Below are positions 62,690 through 64,000 of a stretch of 64,000 nt of DNA, piece after piece. Position 1 is the stretch's first letter; each line of letters opens with the position of its first letter. The translations under genes and the position numbers were made by a program. Origin of the DNA: Dehalococcoidia bacterium (lineage in GTDB: Bacteria > Chloroflexota > Dehalococcoidia > Lucifugimonadales > JAGWBF01); contig CBDFKU010000020.1 in NCBI GenBank assembly GCA_965248975.1, forward strand, positions 152,952 through 216,951, read 5' to 3'. The notes beneath the pieces are model-generated. The model saw only the letters and a list, made by a program, of their open reading frames with translations. It did no database searches and had not been told where the DNA came from.

Positions 62690-63613
62690 ATGCCCATTCG
62701 GACCTTTCTCTACACCCCCGGAAATGAGCCCCGGAAGGTCAGCAAGGTGGGTACCTTTGGCAACGACGCCGTCATCCTGGACCTGGAGGACGCCGTGGCC
62801 ATCGACGAGAAGGTTAGCGCCAGGGCCGCGGTGAGGGAGGCGATCCCATCGGTCAAGGCCAATGGATGCAAGGTCTTCGTCCGTATCAACCCCTTCGGCC
62901 AGAAGACGGACTTCTCGGTAGAGTACGGCGCCGACGATATACAGGCCATTGTGTGCCCCGAGTTGGATGGCATCGTGGCCCCCAAGGTGGAGTCGGCCGA
63001 CGAGTTGGTCCAGATGGACGCCCTGCTCCGGGAGCAAGAGCGGAGCCAGGGGATTCTCGAGGGTTCATTGATCATCGAGCCCATAATCGAAACCGCCCTG
63101 GGGCTGATGAACGCCTTCGACATCGCCCGCAGTGTCCCCAGAGTGCGATCCCTGCACTTCGGCGGTGGCGACTTCACCAGGGACATGAGCATAGAATGGT
63201 CCCGCGACGAGGCGGAGCTCAGCTACGTCCGCTCCAGGATCGCCGTGGTTTCCCGGGCGGCGGGGATCGAGCCGCCGACGGACACTGTGTGGGTGCGGCT
63301 GGACGACGATGAGGGCCTGGCCGAGTCGGCGTGGCGAGCAAGGCGGATGGGATTCCAGGGCAAAAGCTGCATTCATCCTCGGCAGATTCCCATAGTCAAC
63401 GGCGTTTTCTCCTACGTGTCCCCCGAAGAGCTGGCCCAGGCCAAGAGCATCCTGGAAGCGTGGGAAGAGGCCCAGGCCAGGGGCAGCGCCTCGATCCGGG
63501 TCAACGGCGAGTTCGTGGACTACCCCATCATCGAGAAGGCCCAGAAGGTGCTCAAGCGCCATGCCGAAGGCCAGAAGGACACGGCTTTGGAGGACAGAGT
63601 TGCCGCCGGCTGA
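62690..63613 (+). CDS. HpcH/HpaI aldolase - citrate lyase beta subunit (CitE)-like acyl-CoA lyase
   Basis: Start at MPIRTFLYTPGNEPRKV (aaggagg SD). ILDLEDAV; VRINP; IIETA; KSCIHPRQI. Confidence 0.8.
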   Translation: MPIRTFLYTPGNEPRKVSKVGTFGNDAVILDLEDAVAIDEKVSARAAVREAIPSVKANGCKVFVRINPFGQKTDFSVEYGADDIQAIVCPELDGIVAPKVESADELVQMDALLREQERSQGILEGSLIIEPIIETALGLMNAFDIARSVPRVRSLHFGGGDFTRDMSIEWSRDEAELSYVRSRIAVVSRAAGIEPPTDTVWVRLDDDEGLAESAWRARRMGFQGKSCIHPRQIPIVNGVFSYVSPEELAQAKSILEAWEEAQARGSASIRVNGEFVDYPIIEKAQKVLKRHAEGQKDTALEDRVAAG

Positions 63614-64000
63614 CGTCGACCCTCAAGGAGTTCCGGCCCTGCAGGGCCTAAGGGTCTTGGACCTGGCCACCTTCATCGCGGCCCCCTTCTGCGCCACTCT
63701 GATGAGCGAGTTCGGGGCCGAGGTCATCAAGGTGGAGATGCCGGGCCAGGGAGACCCTCTGCGCCAGTTGGGCGAGAAGCACAACGGCGTCGGCCTGATG
63801 TGGGCCCAAGAAGACCGCAACAAGAAGGGCATAACCTGCGACCTGAGGAACCCCCGGGGCCAGGAGATCATCAAGGAGCTGGTTAAGCAGTCCGACGTCC
63901 TGGTGGAGAACTTCAGGCCGGGTACCATCGAGCGGTGGAATCTGGGGTACGACGTCCTGGAAGAGGTGAACCCCCGGCTGGTAATGGTGCGCATCTCGGC
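63600..64000 (+). CDS. Family III CoA-transferase (CaiB/BaiF/Frc type), 3' end cut by window edge
   Basis: TTG start (ggagga SD) overlaps the citE-like stop. LQGLRVLDLATFIAAPFCATLMSEFGAEVIKVE..; DVLVENFRPGT. Not in the ORF track because no stop codon lies within the window. Confidence 0.75.
   Translation, partial: MPPADVDPQGVPALQGLRVLDLATFIAAPFCATLMSEFGAEVIKVEMPGQGDPLRQLGEKHNGVGLMWAQEDRNKKGITCDLRNPRGQEIIKELVKQSDVLVENFRPGTIERWNLGYDVLEEVNPRLVMVRIS

Noticed and set aside
1-64000. Looked for tRNA (T-loop GGTTCGAATCC-type), rRNA, tmRNA, RNase P and SRP RNA signatures in intergenic regions (1893-2231, 3394-3893, 44530-44770, 58320-58650).
   Set aside because: I could not recognise any convincing conserved cores by eye. 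A covariance-model scan would be needed to be sure.

Overview
GC-rich window that looks bacterial: TTGACA/TAnAAT promoters, GGAGG Shine-Dalgarno sites, intrinsic terminators, a TPP riboswitch, NarL/LuxR regulators and ComF. The gene content (F420/LLM enzymes, many amidohydrolases, CoA-transferase) suggests Chloroflexota, but this is inference only. Layout: (i) 0-20.5 kb holds an archaellum-type (archaeal flagellum) operon. It has three tandem archaellins, an ArlX/ArlD-position protein, two ArlF/G-like proteins, ArlH, ArlI and ArlJ. Two-component/phosphorelay genes sit on both sides, and no che genes are visible. Several operon genes carry ORF-disrupting lesions: a G9 tract at the arlB3 start, an in-frame TAG, a C-terminal frameshift and a G7 frameshift in arlJ. 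(ii) 20.6-37.9 kb is a catabolic island with paralogous amidohydrolases, two orphan xanthine-dehydrogenase-family Mo subunits and two LLM/F420-type oxidoreductases. (iii) 38-46 kb contains a decayed GIY-YIG element with hairpin inverted repeats, LeuCD-like aconitase-family subunits, a PEP-mutase/ICL-family enzyme, an isochorismatase, hydrolases and citrate synthase. REP-like nested palindromes are scattered through this part. (iv) 46-52.5 kb has housekeeping genes (MidA-like MTase, HD, TrmI) and a tandem peroxiredoxin pair. One of the pair has an in-frame TGA exactly at the peroxidatic Cys, followed by a SECIS-like hairpin, so it is a candidate selenoprotein. thiG-thiE-thiS follows behind a TPP riboswitch. 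(v) 52.5-64 kb has D-aminoacylase, Ldh2-family, LhgO, a cNMP-binding protein, ComF and an AT-rich islet with consensus promoters and an IS630-type HTH-only ORF. It ends with PAC2, PrpD-family, a frameshifted SRAP, CitE-like and a 3'-truncated family III CoA-transferase. I recognised no rRNA, tRNA or CRISPR array. All calls rest on reading motifs in the supplied translations and sequence; no database search was run.
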